The position numbers were made by a program, and so were the translations under genes. This document shows positions 36,481 through 44,961 of a stretch of DNA of 64,000 nt, piece by piece. Below the pieces are notes generated by a model. It had not been told where the DNA came from, ran no database searches, and saw nothing but the letters and a program-made list of their open reading frames with translations. Numbering within the stretch: position 1 is the stretch's first letter; every line of letters begins with the position of its first letter. This stretch comes from Thermofilaceae archaeon (lineage in GTDB: Archaea; Thermoproteota; Thermoprotei; Thermofilales; Thermofilaceae), in assembly GCA_038727095.1 (NCBI GenBank), contig JAVYWK010000008.1, forward strand, positions 1-64,000, read 5' to 3'.

Positions 36481-37850
36481 TGACCTCCACCCCCCACGTA
36501 CCTCTCGAAGTAGTTGAGCGGCGGGTAGTACCACTCCTCGCTCCTCTCGCCCATCTCGTAAGCTACATTCGTCAGGAACAGTGATGCGGCCTCCCTCGCA
36601 TCGTTGGTGCGCGCGAGCACCCACGAGAGCTTCACGAACGCTGTCTCTGGTAGCATGTCCTCAGCGGGCAGCGCGCCGGCCTTAAGCAGCTCCACCCCCC
36701 TCCTGTACACGTTCATGTTCACCCTACCCCACAGGCACTGCGACGCTACAACTACGACCACCCCCTCCTCCACAGCCCTCCTGACAGAGGGGAGCAAACG
36801 CTCGGAGACGTGGCCGAGACCAGTGCCCTCGATCACGACCCCCCTGTACCCCTTGTCCACGAGGAAGTCGAGGAGCTCCCCGCTCATCCCCGGGTAGAAC
36901 TTGACGAGAGCCACTTTTTCCTCGAAGCCGTTCTCCAGGAGTACACCCTCCCTCGAGCGCGGGAGGAACCTCCTGGCGAAGACCTTCAGCTCCCGTGAAG
37001 GTAGCTCCACTTTCGCGAGCGGTACCGCGTTCACGCTCCTAAAGGCATCCCTCCGGCTCGTGTGCATCTTCCTGACTCGCACACCCCGGTGCACGTAGAA
37101 AGCCGTGTCATCCAAGCCGGCGTGCATCACAACCACGGACTCGGCGAAGGGCGCCTTCACTGCAGTAATGGCAGCCGCCAGCACGTTCGTGGCCGAGTCG
37201 CTCGAAGGCCTGTCCGAGGACCTCTGCGCCCCCACCAGCACCACGGGCCCCGGCAGCCTGCGCAGCGCGAAGGCCAGCGCCGCGCCGGTGTAGCCCATCG
37301 TGTCGGTCCCGTGCGCGACGATGATTCCGGCCGGCTCCTCCCTCTCGAAGACCTGCGCCACGCGCTCGGCGATCATCGACCAGTGCCTCGGCGTTAGATC
37401 CTCGCTGAACACGCTGAACAGCGTCTCAGCCGACACCAGCGCCACGCTCTCTAGCTCGGGAACCATCGAGTAGATCTCCTCCGCCGTGAAGTACGGGTAA
37501 ACGGCTCCTGAGACGTAATCGATGCGCGACGCAATCGTGCCACCCGTACCGATGAAGTGGACCCTCGGCAAACCCGGCTTCAAGCTGGGAGGCGGTGGTA
37601 AAGCGCCCCTCGAAGGTTCCGCTCTACCGACCCTTCTGATCGATTTGACCCTTCTTGCGTCAACCCCCACGTTGTAACCGTTGGGCAGCTTCAGAACCAG
37701 GATGTCGGGGTCTCCGTACTGGGGCCTCGGCAGAACGATGCCGCGGACAACTACACCATCATCCCGCTCCAGCTCAACCTCGTCAAAGAGAGAGGCGCCA
37801 GCAGAGTCTAGCAGCTTTACAGCTTGATCCCCGTAGCCCTCCAGGCTCAT
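36477..37850 (-). CDS. gatD: Glu-tRNA(Gln) amidotransferase subunit D
   Basis: GYNVG, TGGTIASR, HGTDT, GAQRSSDRPSSD and KMHTSRRDAF motifs. Confidence 0.96.
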   Translation of the reverse strand: MSLEGYGDQAVKLLDSAGASLFDEVELERDDGVVVRGIVLPRPQYGDPDILVLKLPNGYNVGVDARRVKSIRRVGRAEPSRGALPPPPSLKPGLPRVHFIGTGGTIASRIDYVSGAVYPYFTAEEIYSMVPELESVALVSAETLFSVFSEDLTPRHWSMIAERVAQVFEREEPAGIIVAHGTDTMGYTGAALAFALRRLPGPVVLVGAQRSSDRPSSDSATNVLAAAITAVKAPFAESVVVMHAGLDDTAFYVHRGVRVRKMHTSRRDAFRSVNAVPLAKVELPSRELKVFARRFLPRSREGVLLENGFEEKVALVKFYPGMSGELLDFLVDKGYRGVVIEGTGLGHVSERLLPSVRRAVEEGVVVVVASQCLWGRVNMNVYRRGVELLKAGALPAEDMLPETAFVKLSWVLARTNDAREAASLFLTNVAYEMGERSEEWYYPPLNYFERYVGGGGQ

Positions 37851-37856
37851 CGCCCA

Positions 37857-38012
37857 CTACATGGCGGCGGTCTGCTGCGCGTAAACGAGGCGCCTCAAGT
37901 AGTTCCTCCTGTTCCTCCTCCTGGGCACCAGGTTCTTCTTCGGCTTTGGCGGAATCTTCGGAGTCGCGTTACGAACCTTACCCGCCTTCGTAAGCGAACC
38001 GTGACTCGGCAT
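37857..38012 (-). CDS. rps30e: 30S ribosomal protein S30e, 51 aa (not in ORF track)
   Basis: Hand translation: [51 protein letters not shown]. Confidence 0.95.
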   Translation of the reverse strand: MPSHGSLTKAGKVRNATPKIPPKPKKNLVPRRRNRRNYLRRLVYAQQTAAM

Positions 38013-38091
38013 ACAGTTCCCACCCTCAACGAATCGCTATAAGCCTTTCGCCCCTAGTAAACCAAATAAACCCTAACATGTCGAGCAGCCA

Positions 38092-38168
38092 GGGCCGGTA
38101 GCTCAGCACGGTAGAGCGACGGGCTCTTAACCCGTAGGCCCCGGGTTCGAATCCCGGCCGGCCCGCCA
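38092..38168 (+). tRNA. tRNA-Lys(CTT), intronless, CCA encoded
   Basis: Acceptor GGGCCGG/CCGGCCC, D arm GCTC/GAGC, anticodon arm ACGGG-CT-CTT-AA-CCCGT, T arm CCGGG-TTCGAAT-CCCGG, 3' GCCA. Confidence 0.97.
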
Positions 38169-38269
38169 CGAACACAGGCGATTTTAACAACATATGGTTA
38201 ACACAAATTAAAGGTAGGTTGATTGAGAAGAGTACATTATTTATTGAGGTAAAGGGGACCACAATTGCT

Positions 38270-39319
38270 ATGCCATCAGCAGCTCTCAAACGCTTTCTGA
38301 GCGGTCTTATAAGAGGTGAACTTACAACATTCGATTTAACGCTCGCGTTGATCAGGCGTACTTGGATTGAGCTTCAGTCGCGTTACAACTTCTACGTTGG
38401 AAAGTTCAGGTTCATCGATCGATTGAAGGGGTACCATTTAACAGTTATTGTGATATCGGGTAAGTACCCGAGCATCTGGAATGCAACGCTTGAGAGGCTT
38501 TACGCCTACTCCGGGAAAGCTGACGTCATTATCGTGAACCCGGACGGCCTTCACGGCAGAACCCTGGAGAAGCTCTGCGAAGCGTATAATTTCAGTTACT
38601 TCGAGGGGTCCACGAAGAATTTTGAGGCTGCTCAAAATTACGTTTGCACATTCATTATAGATTCCCCACTCGTACTAAAAATGGATGATGACGTCTTTTT
38701 AACCGAGAAAACCATCCCTTCTCTGCTTAGCGCGTACATACGGTTGAAATCGGTAGGACATGACATCGGCTTCTTAGCCCCGATCCTCAACGTGAACAAT
38801 GTTACATACTTCCACTTTCTGAAAACGTTAAATCTTGATGATGAATACGCTCAACGTTTTGAAAAGCCCATTTTTACTCGGCATTGGACGAGGCAGAGGA
38901 TCTGGTGGGATCCCGCTGCAGCACAGTGGGTCTGGGAGCGATCCTTACCACTAAACACCGTTGCCGACGTTATTGAAGAGCGAAACAGAGGCAAACACGA
39001 TCTAATCCCCGTGCGATTCTCGATCAGTTGCATTCTTTTCGAGAGGAGGATCATCGCATCTAGTAGGGGGCTATTAGCGTATAATCGGGCTACGGGAAGA
39101 TACGAGGGGCGTGGGGATTCCATCGGAAGGATAGCATCGCCTATGATCCCCACCGGGGACGAGGCTTTCATGAATTACTACACCAACGATAGGATGTGCG
39201 GTCGTTTCATTGCTCTCGACTCTTTTGCGGGTCACCTTTGCTACGGGCCTCAAGCGACCACCATGCTAAGGTGGTTTGAAAACAATAAAGCACGGCTCCT
39301 AGAGGACGTGAGGCGGTGA
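38270..39319 (+). CDS. putative GT-A fold glycosyltransferase
   Basis: LKMDDDVF DxD motif, GFLAP and GDE; AT-richer than flanking core genes. Confidence 0.65.
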   Translation: MPSAALKRFLSGLIRGELTTFDLTLALIRRTWIELQSRYNFYVGKFRFIDRLKGYHLTVIVISGKYPSIWNATLERLYAYSGKADVIIVNPDGLHGRTLEKLCEAYNFSYFEGSTKNFEAAQNYVCTFIIDSPLVLKMDDDVFLTEKTIPSLLSAYIRLKSVGHDIGFLAPILNVNNVTYFHFLKTLNLDDEYAQRFEKPIFTRHWTRQRIWWDPAAAQWVWERSLPLNTVADVIEERNRGKHDLIPVRFSISCILFERRIIASSRGLLAYNRATGRYEGRGDSIGRIASPMIPTGDEAFMNYYTNDRMCGRFIALDSFAGHLCYGPQATTMLRWFENNKARLLEDVRR

Positions 39320-39322
39320 AAT

Positions 39323-40621
39323 GTGAGTAAAATTGCTGTGCTGGGTGGCGGCTGGGCCGGGATCACCCTGGCTCTTGAGCTGAAGCGTGCCCACCCTTTG
39401 GCGGACGTAATCGTACTAGAGCGAGAGCGGGAGCCGGGTGGGTTGCTGAGAAGCGTGACGCTCGAAGGGCACGTGGTGGACGCGGGTGGAAGCCACGTGA
39501 TCTTCTCCCGAAACGAGGAGGTGCTTAAGCGGATGCTGGAGCTTCTCTCCAGCAACTATACTCCACACTCCAGGAAATCGTTCGTGCGAATGGGGCATCA
39601 TTTCATCCCGTACCCCATTGAAAATGGGCTGTACGTTCTACCGCCCGAAGAGAGAGCTGAAGCGCTCGTATCCTTCCTCGAAGCCCTCCTCTCGCTCGAG
39701 GAAGGATGGAGGCCGGGGAACCTGAGGGAATGGATACGCGGCTTCTTCGGGAGATGGATCGCGGAGAGGTACCTGGAGCCCTACAACAGGAAGGTCTGGA
39801 AGAGGCCTCTCGAGGTCATCGACATCGACTGGGTTTACACGCCCGGCCGGCTCCCGATACCGGATTGGCGGGATGTTGTTCGCGCTGCGAGCGGCGTCCC
39901 CACGATCGGCTACAGGGAGCAGGCCATCTTCTACTACCCGCTGAAAGGGGGGATAGAGGCTCTCTTCGAAGCTGCTTACCGGAGAGCGCTGGAGCTGGGC
40001 GTAAAGGTTGCCACCGGAACCCCCGTCAGGAGCCTGAGGAAGGAGGGTGACGGTTTCGTGGTGAACGAGAGGTTCAGGGTCGAAAAGGTGTACAGCACAA
40101 TACCTCTCCGAGAGCTGGTGAGGGCAGCCGAAGCCCCGGAGAGCATCATCAAGGCCGCGGAGGATCTCGACTACAACCGAGTGCTAGTCGTGGGCGTGGC
40201 TTTGAAAGGTCTAGCGCCTAACCAGCACTGGGTCTACGTGCCAGACGAGGACGTGCTGTTCCACAGGTACGCGTGGATCAGCAACTACAGCCCCTACAAT
40301 GCGCCCCAAGGGGAGTCTACGCTTATCGCTGAAGTTACGCTACCTCCTCATGCCAGTACGAAAGGCGACATCGTAGAACGAGTTATCGAGCAGCTGGCCG
40401 ACCTTGGGATAATTGATGAACCCCAGATTCTACGGGTTGACGCGTGGCTGCACGAGTACGGCTACCCTGTTCATACGCTCTCCCGCCAGAAAGCGTTACG
40501 AGAGATTCGAGAATGGCTTAATAACGCGGAGATAGAGTCCGTAGGGAGGTGGGGGAGCTGGGAGTACTGGAACATGGACAGGGTTTACGCAGAGGTACTG
40601 AAACTGGTGCAAGGATCCTGA
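39323..40621 (+). CDS. FAD-dependent oxidoreductase, UDP-galactopyranose mutase-like
   Basis: VLGGGWAG, GGLLRS, GGSHVIF, PYNRKVW, FYYP..GG, YPV and GRWGSWEYWNMD; flanked by glycosyltransferases. Confidence 0.75.
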   Translation: MSKIAVLGGGWAGITLALELKRAHPLADVIVLEREREPGGLLRSVTLEGHVVDAGGSHVIFSRNEEVLKRMLELLSSNYTPHSRKSFVRMGHHFIPYPIENGLYVLPPEERAEALVSFLEALLSLEEGWRPGNLREWIRGFFGRWIAERYLEPYNRKVWKRPLEVIDIDWVYTPGRLPIPDWRDVVRAASGVPTIGYREQAIFYYPLKGGIEALFEAAYRRALELGVKVATGTPVRSLRKEGDGFVVNERFRVEKVYSTIPLRELVRAAEAPESIIKAAEDLDYNRVLVVGVALKGLAPNQHWVYVPDEDVLFHRYAWISNYSPYNAPQGESTLIAEVTLPPHASTKGDIVERVIEQLADLGIIDEPQILRVDAWLHEYGYPVHTLSRQKALREIREWLNNAEIESVGRWGSWEYWNMDRVYAEVLKLVQGS

Positions 40622-41337
40622 CCTTGTTCCTGACGAGAGACACGAGCACCTTCGTGCGGGAGAACTACGAGCGGGTTCGGAAGCAGGTCGGAGTAGTGCA
40701 GGATGTCTACGTGGTGTCAGCATCCCCCGTCCCCGTGGAGAACAACATCGTCGTCCCCGTCCCGCAGAGTTTTCCGCTACCCGTTAGAGTCGGCGTGTCG
40801 ATCAATAAGGCTTTGGAAAGAGTTGGCACGCAAGGGTATACGCATATCTTCAAGGTGGATAGCGATGCGAAATTGCCTCTAGACTATCTCGTCAACCTGC
40901 TCTCCAAGTGTAAACCAGTTGCAGGAAGAGGCGTAGCACTACTTATTTCAATCAAATTCTTCCACGAGTTCCTGAAAGGCAAGTATCCTGTCAATTACTG
41001 TGATGATGGTTACATCGCAGCAGTCAGCATAGCGCACGGATGGTGGCCCCCCGAGTACGATGGCGGATCATTTCCGCTCTTTCCAGTAATCCACCAGCGC
41101 CAAAGGGAGTATGCGTACGGTTGCGAGTACTATAAATGGGGCCTTCCTTTACCTCTTTTCATCTTTATGACTCCAGTTCTTCTCGTAACAAAGCAGCGGG
41201 ATTTGAGAAGCGTAGTGTACAATCTAGCTGGCTATCTCTCAGCCCTATTGAGGAGAGAAAAACGATATCCCTGGTGGAGGAGCTACTCATACCACCGAAC
41301 AAAGCATATCGTATCGTCTATTGTTCAAATTCTTTAA
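40549..41337 (+). CDS. putative glycosyltransferase-like protein
   Basis: KVDSD DxD motif, DDG, C-terminal hydrophobic segment. Start uncertain; TTG 40624 is an alternative. Confidence 0.6.
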   Translation: MGELGVLEHGQGLRRGTETGARILTLFLTRDTSTFVRENYERVRKQVGVVQDVYVVSASPVPVENNIVVPVPQSFPLPVRVGVSINKALERVGTQGYTHIFKVDSDAKLPLDYLVNLLSKCKPVAGRGVALLISIKFFHEFLKGKYPVNYCDDGYIAAVSIAHGWWPPEYDGGSFPLFPVIHQRQREYAYGCEYYKWGLPLPLFIFMTPVLLVTKQRDLRSVVYNLAGYLSALLRREKRYPWWRSYSYHRTKHIVSSIVQIL

Positions 41338-41364
41338 AAAAGCTTAAAAATAAAAAATAAAAAG
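41336..41364 (-). terminator. A-tract on + strand (oligo-T on -), probable terminator for the GT2 gene
   Basis: aaaaaagcttaaaaataaaaaataaaaa between convergent genes. Confidence 0.4.
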
Positions 41365-41422
41365 GATATTCAGTTGCACTACCCGGAAGGAGGAATCACA
41401 GGTGTACCTTTTCAGCTTAAAG

Positions 41423-42232
41423 CTATTTATCTTTGCGCACTTTATGGGGACTAGAAGCATGGATACTTAGGTAGGCTTCCCTAAGCTTTCTCTTTGGGGT
41501 GGATAAGGCTGCGTAAAGGTAGCCGACCGCGACTAATGGTCTTAAACGTAAAGTAGAGTGTGCTAGCGTTCTTAAGAGGCTTTTCCCCATGATGTACCTG
41601 CCGATACCGGTGTTAAACTGAGTTCGGAGGGCTTTATCCAAAGTCACATCGCGTATGTGGTAGGCTTTCACCTCCTCAACTATTTTCAGCTTATAGCCTA
41701 GTTTCAGCGCCATATCCTGTACGTACGTATCGGGTGCTGGGACGTCGGCGTACCCCCCTATTTCCTCCAAAACTTTTGATCTTATTAGAAGGGCACAGCC
41801 GCGGGGCCTCCTATCAGGCGAGAGCTTATAGGAGCGCTCCCAGAACCTAAGCAGCTTAGATAAGAGCGTTGCACCGGCCGTCTCTACAGCTCCACCCACG
41901 CACGCAATGCTGGGGTCTCGCTCGGCCTCAAAAACCAATACTTCGAAGTAACGAGGTTCCAGCTCTACATCGGCGTCGACTATTGCGAAGTAAGGTGTAT
42001 CCACAAACCTTCTTGCCAATTCCAGGTTCTCAGCATAGGAAAATAACCACTTCTTCTCGCGCTTCTCAATGATCTCAACTGGGAAACCTTCGGCGATCTC
42101 CCTCGTCCTGTCTGTACACCGATCGAGGATAACTACAATCTTGAGCGGCTTCAATGTCTGACCTAGTACGGACCTTAAAGCACGCCCGATGTACTTCTCC
42201 TCATTGTGGGCCGCCATCACAACCGTGTACAT
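41423..42232 (-). CDS. glycosyltransferase family 2
   Basis: AAHNEEKYI, LDRCTDRT, IVDAD and IGGY motifs. Confidence 0.9.
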   Translation of the reverse strand: MYTVVMAAHNEEKYIGRALRSVLGQTLKPLKIVVILDRCTDRTREIAEGFPVEIIEKREKKWLFSYAENLELARRFVDTPYFAIVDADVELEPRYFEVLVFEAERDPSIACVGGAVETAGATLLSKLLRFWERSYKLSPDRRPRGCALLIRSKVLEEIGGYADVPAPDTYVQDMALKLGYKLKIVEEVKAYHIRDVTLDKALRTQFNTGIGRYIMGKSLLRTLAHSTLRLRPLVAVGYLYAALSTPKRKLREAYLSIHASSPHKVRKDK

Positions 42233-42317
42233 TGTCTTCCCCGAATTAGCACCGGTTACCTATCCATATATCTATTTAGGGCTTTGAGAAGAATACATGA
42301 TTAGCCCAAGCGCTAAA

Positions 42318-42357
42318 TATATAATTTAAATATTATATAAAATGAAAAGTTTATATA
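42318..42357 (+). promoter_or_regulatory. inverted repeat (candidate operator) plus BRE/TATA for the ArsR operon
   Basis: TATATAAT-N6-ATTATATA at 42318-42339, then GAAAAG-TTTATATA at 42344-42357, about 27 bp before ATG 42385. Confidence 0.55.
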
Positions 42358-42384
42358 TTAGCCTGATGCCAGGTTATCGATGGG

Positions 42385-42696
42385 ATGTGCAATGGAGGGG
42401 AGAAGGAGCTAGAGCAGCTAGTAAAAACACTGCGCGTAATGGCAAACCCAATAAGGCTGCGCATGCTAGCCTTGATCGCTGCGCGGCCGAGGCACGCGTA
42501 CGAGCTTTCGAAGCTGCTGGGGCTCTCGTACCCGCTGGTGCACATGCACCTTCGAGCATTGGAGAAAGCGGGGTTCGTGGAAGGAGCGTACGTGGAGGAA
42601 GCCAGGGTGAAGCGAGTCTACCGGTTGAAGGACTTTCGGCTGGTGCTAGATGGGGAAACCCTCAGGAAGCTGGGTGAGAAGCTTGAGGATGGGTAG
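42385..42696 (+). CDS. ArsR-family winged-HTH transcriptional regulator
   Basis: MANPIRLRML, YELSKLLGLSYPLVHMHLRALEKAGFV and KRVYRL motifs. Confidence 0.88.
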   Translation: MCNGGEKELEQLVKTLRVMANPIRLRMLALIAARPRHAYELSKLLGLSYPLVHMHLRALEKAGFVEGAYVEEARVKRVYRLKDFRLVLDGETLRKLGEKLEDG

Positions 42697-43069
42697 CGTT
42701 GTGGCCTCCGTGGTCACGCTGGTGGCGGTTGTCGCTGCCGCTCTAATGGTCGTCTACGTGCCGATCCGGCTCTTTGAGCTATCCGGAACAGGTGGGCTAA
42801 ACGTTATTGCGGCCGGCGTCTTCAGCGCCATAAGCATGATCGCGGGGGCAGTAGTGGCTTTCTTCGCGGTGGTTATTGGCGTTCCACTTTTGACAGGTGT
42901 TACCCGTAGCCCTGAAGAGAAAGCCGAGCTCTCCCTAAAGCGGAAGGAGCTTGAGGAGAAGCTGACAATGTACAGAGCCAGGCAGAGGGCTATGCTCGAG
43001 GAGCTTGACGAGATTAAGAGGGTGCTTGAGGAGATCCGCGACATACTCAAGGAGGGTGTTGAGGGGTGA
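42689..43069 (+). CDS. 2-TM membrane protein with C-terminal coiled coil
   Basis: Two hydrophobic helices followed by heptad-rich ELDEIKRVLEEIRDILK; ATG overlaps the ArsR gene end. Confidence 0.75.
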   Translation: MGSVVASVVTLVAVVAAALMVVYVPIRLFELSGTGGLNVIAAGVFSAISMIAGAVVAFFAVVIGVPLLTGVTRSPEEKAELSLKRKELEEKLTMYRARQRAMLEELDEIKRVLEEIRDILKEGVEG

Positions 43070-43200
43070 GCGGCGAGCTCAGGTTCGTGGAGCTTTCAGA
43101 CGAAGAGGTTGATCAACTGATCCTGCAGAGGCTGCGAGAGATCAAGGAGCTGCTCAAGGAATTGAGGGACGTGCTGAAGAAGGCGAGCGAGTATGGCTGA
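43066..43200 (+). CDS. 44-aa coiled-coil protein (not in ORF track)
   Basis: GTGA overlap with the upstream stop; MSGELRFVELSDEEVDQLILQRLREIKELLKELRDVLKKASEYG; overlaps the next ATG. Confidence 0.7.
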   Translation: MSGELRFVELSDEEVDQLILQRLREIKELLKELRDVLKKASEYG

Positions 43201-43867
43201 GCTCTTCGACCTGTACGAGAGAGCACTGAGGACTAGCAAGGTTAGAGGTGGATCAGTGAGGATCAGCGGTGCTGGCCGAGTCAGCGGCGGTACCTACGAG
43301 AGCGTGACCATCAGCGGCTCTGCGACCGTTGATGGAGATGTCGAAGCTGAAACCGTTAGGGTTGCCGGCTCAACCTCTTTCCGCGGCAGCGTAAGGGCAG
43401 GCGAGATCTCTATTTCCGGCTCCGCGAAGGTGGAAGGAAGCGTGAAAGGGGAGCTTCTAAAAGCGAGTGGCTCACTGTCCGTAAAGGATGTCATCGAGTG
43501 CGAGGAAGCTTGGGCTGCGGGATCGCTGAGGGCACGATCCTTAAAGGGCAAGATCGTTCGGCTAGCGGGGGCTTTTAAAATCGAGGATGAGTTAGACGCT
43601 CAGCTCGTGGAGCTCAAGCTGTCAAACGACTCAAGCTGCCGCGCCCTCAGAGGGGAGGAGGTGAGCATCGAGCGCTCTGGGGGCACTTTCCGGATGTTCC
43701 TCAGGTTCACCCGCAGGCATCCCACCTTGAAGGTGGAGCTCCTCGAGTCGAAACTAGTTAGAGCCAGGGACGTTGTGATCGAGGGACGAATCAAGGCGGA
43801 TAGAGTTGAACTATACGGTGAAGCTGCAGTAGTGGGAGTCGTCGAAGGAGAAGTCGTTAAGCTCTAG
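43193..43867 (+). CDS. bactofilin-like (polymer-forming cytoskeletal, YhbE/YhbF-like) beta-helix protein
   Basis: Repeated V.ISGS..V.G.V.A units; C-terminal GRIKADRVEL...VVGVVEG. Confidence 0.75.
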   Translation: MAELFDLYERALRTSKVRGGSVRISGAGRVSGGTYESVTISGSATVDGDVEAETVRVAGSTSFRGSVRAGEISISGSAKVEGSVKGELLKASGSLSVKDVIECEEAWAAGSLRARSLKGKIVRLAGAFKIEDELDAQLVELKLSNDSSCRALRGEEVSIERSGGTFRMFLRFTRRHPTLKVELLESKLVRARDVVIEGRIKADRVELYGEAAVVGVVEGEVVKL

Positions 43868-43908
43868 CGAGGGAGAACCAATTTTAACCATTTTCCCCTT
43901 TCTCCGGC

Positions 43909-44178
43909 ATGCGTACATACGTGTTCAGAATCGTAGTCCCCCGACGCGACTGGGGGCGGGTTGAATGGCTCACCGAATTTTTGAAAAAGGAGAATGTCGA
44001 GCTGCTATACACTCGGGTTGATCAACTGTTCAGCGAGAGGGCCGATCTGGATTCGATAGAAGTAGCCTTCCTGCTGCGGGGCGATACAAGAGCTAGGAGG
44101 GAGCTGGAGAGGAGGCTTGCTGAGAGCCTTAGGGGGAGCATAGGCTTCTTCGTATCGTACGTGAAGCTGGAGGATTAG
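43909..44178 (+). CDS. hypothetical protein (possible ACT/ferredoxin-like fold)
   Basis: 89 aa with alternating strand/helix pattern; TTTTAA box upstream. Confidence 0.55.
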   Translation: MRTYVFRIVVPRRDWGRVEWLTEFLKKENVELLYTRVDQLFSERADLDSIEVAFLLRGDTRARRELERRLAESLRGSIGFFVSYVKLED

Positions 44179-44447
44179 CCGAGGAGCTTGAGGAGGAGCT
44201 CTTTAGCATCCTCAAGGGTGCCGGAGTCCCTCAGCCTTATCAGGAGCCGGTCTGGCGCAACGTAGGTCAGCGAGTGGCCGCCGTAATCGAACTTCACGAG
44301 GGCTTCACCCAGCTTCAGGCTAACCTTGGCCTTCGACGAGATCCTCCTCAAGATCTCCTCCTGCGCCCCCTCCCTGATGAAAGCGACGAATGTGGCTGCA
44401 GTCTGGCACACGACTTCGATCCTGGAGAACAGATCCTCGAGCTCCAT
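44175..44447 (-). CDS. hypothetical protein
   Basis: ORF from ATG 44447, convergent with the previous gene (4-bp overlap). Confidence 0.55.
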   Translation of the reverse strand: MELEDLFSRIEVVCQTAATFVAFIREGAQEEILRRISSKAKVSLKLGEALVKFDYGGHSLTYVAPDRLLIRLRDSGTLEDAKELLLKLLG

Positions 44448-44519
44448 CGCGGCTAAAACCCTCAAAGCTTATTTTAGATTTTCTCGTACCGATAGAGATA
44501 AGAACGACACGCCGGGCTC

Positions 44520-44882
44520 GTGGGTGTGGCGAGTAGACAGGTGTTAATCTCAACTACACCGTCCATCCCCGGCTTCAGAATCGTCAAAGTTCTCGGTGTC
44601 GTGACGGGTATGAGTATACGGACCCGCGGGGCTCTGGGCCGCTTCGCAGCCTCGATTGAGGCTCTCGTCGGCGGCCGGGCGGAATCCTACATCTCAGAGC
44701 TGAAAAAGACTCGTGATGAAGCGGTACAGGATCTCGTGAACGAAGCTTGGAAGCTGGGTGCGAACGCAGTCGTAGGTGTGGACTTTGAAACCTCCGAAAT
44801 CCTCGAAGGCTTCATAATCGTAACAGCAACAGGGACGGCTGTTCTAGTCGAGCCCGAGCAGCAGGGGCCGCAAGGGAAATAA
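44520..44882 (+). CDS. YbjQ/UPF0145 family protein
   Basis: STTPSIPG, LGVVTG, LGANAVVGV and ATGTAV motifs. Confidence 0.9.
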   Translation: MGVASRQVLISTTPSIPGFRIVKVLGVVTGMSIRTRGALGRFAASIEALVGGRAESYISELKKTRDEAVQDLVNEAWKLGANAVVGVDFETSEILEGFIIVTATGTAVLVEPEQQGPQGK

Positions 44883-44902
44883 GAGAGGAGTCACAGCGTT
44901 AG

Positions 44903-44960
44903 AGCAGTGATGAAGGGTACCAAATCGGATCAGTGAAGATTCAGAAAAAATCTGATCCTC
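44903..44960 (+). ncRNA. box C/D methylation guide sRNA
   Basis: C box GTGATGA 44907-44913, 12-nt guide, D' CGGA 44926-44929, C' GTGAAGA 44933-44939, 12-nt guide, D CTGA 44952-44955; intergenic. Confidence 0.8.
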
Positions 44961-44961
44961 G

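Noticed and set aside
36481-36624. N-terminal extension of gatE (similarly 46840-46983 for GH127, 57903-57974 for carB and 28335-28442)
   Set aside because: Longest-ORF artefacts. They overlap neighbouring genes or promoters, and the family motifs begin at downstream starts.
38092-42300. Integrated virus or plasmid at tRNA-Lys
   Set aside because: No integrase, att-like direct repeat or viral genes seen; reported only as a glycosylation islet.
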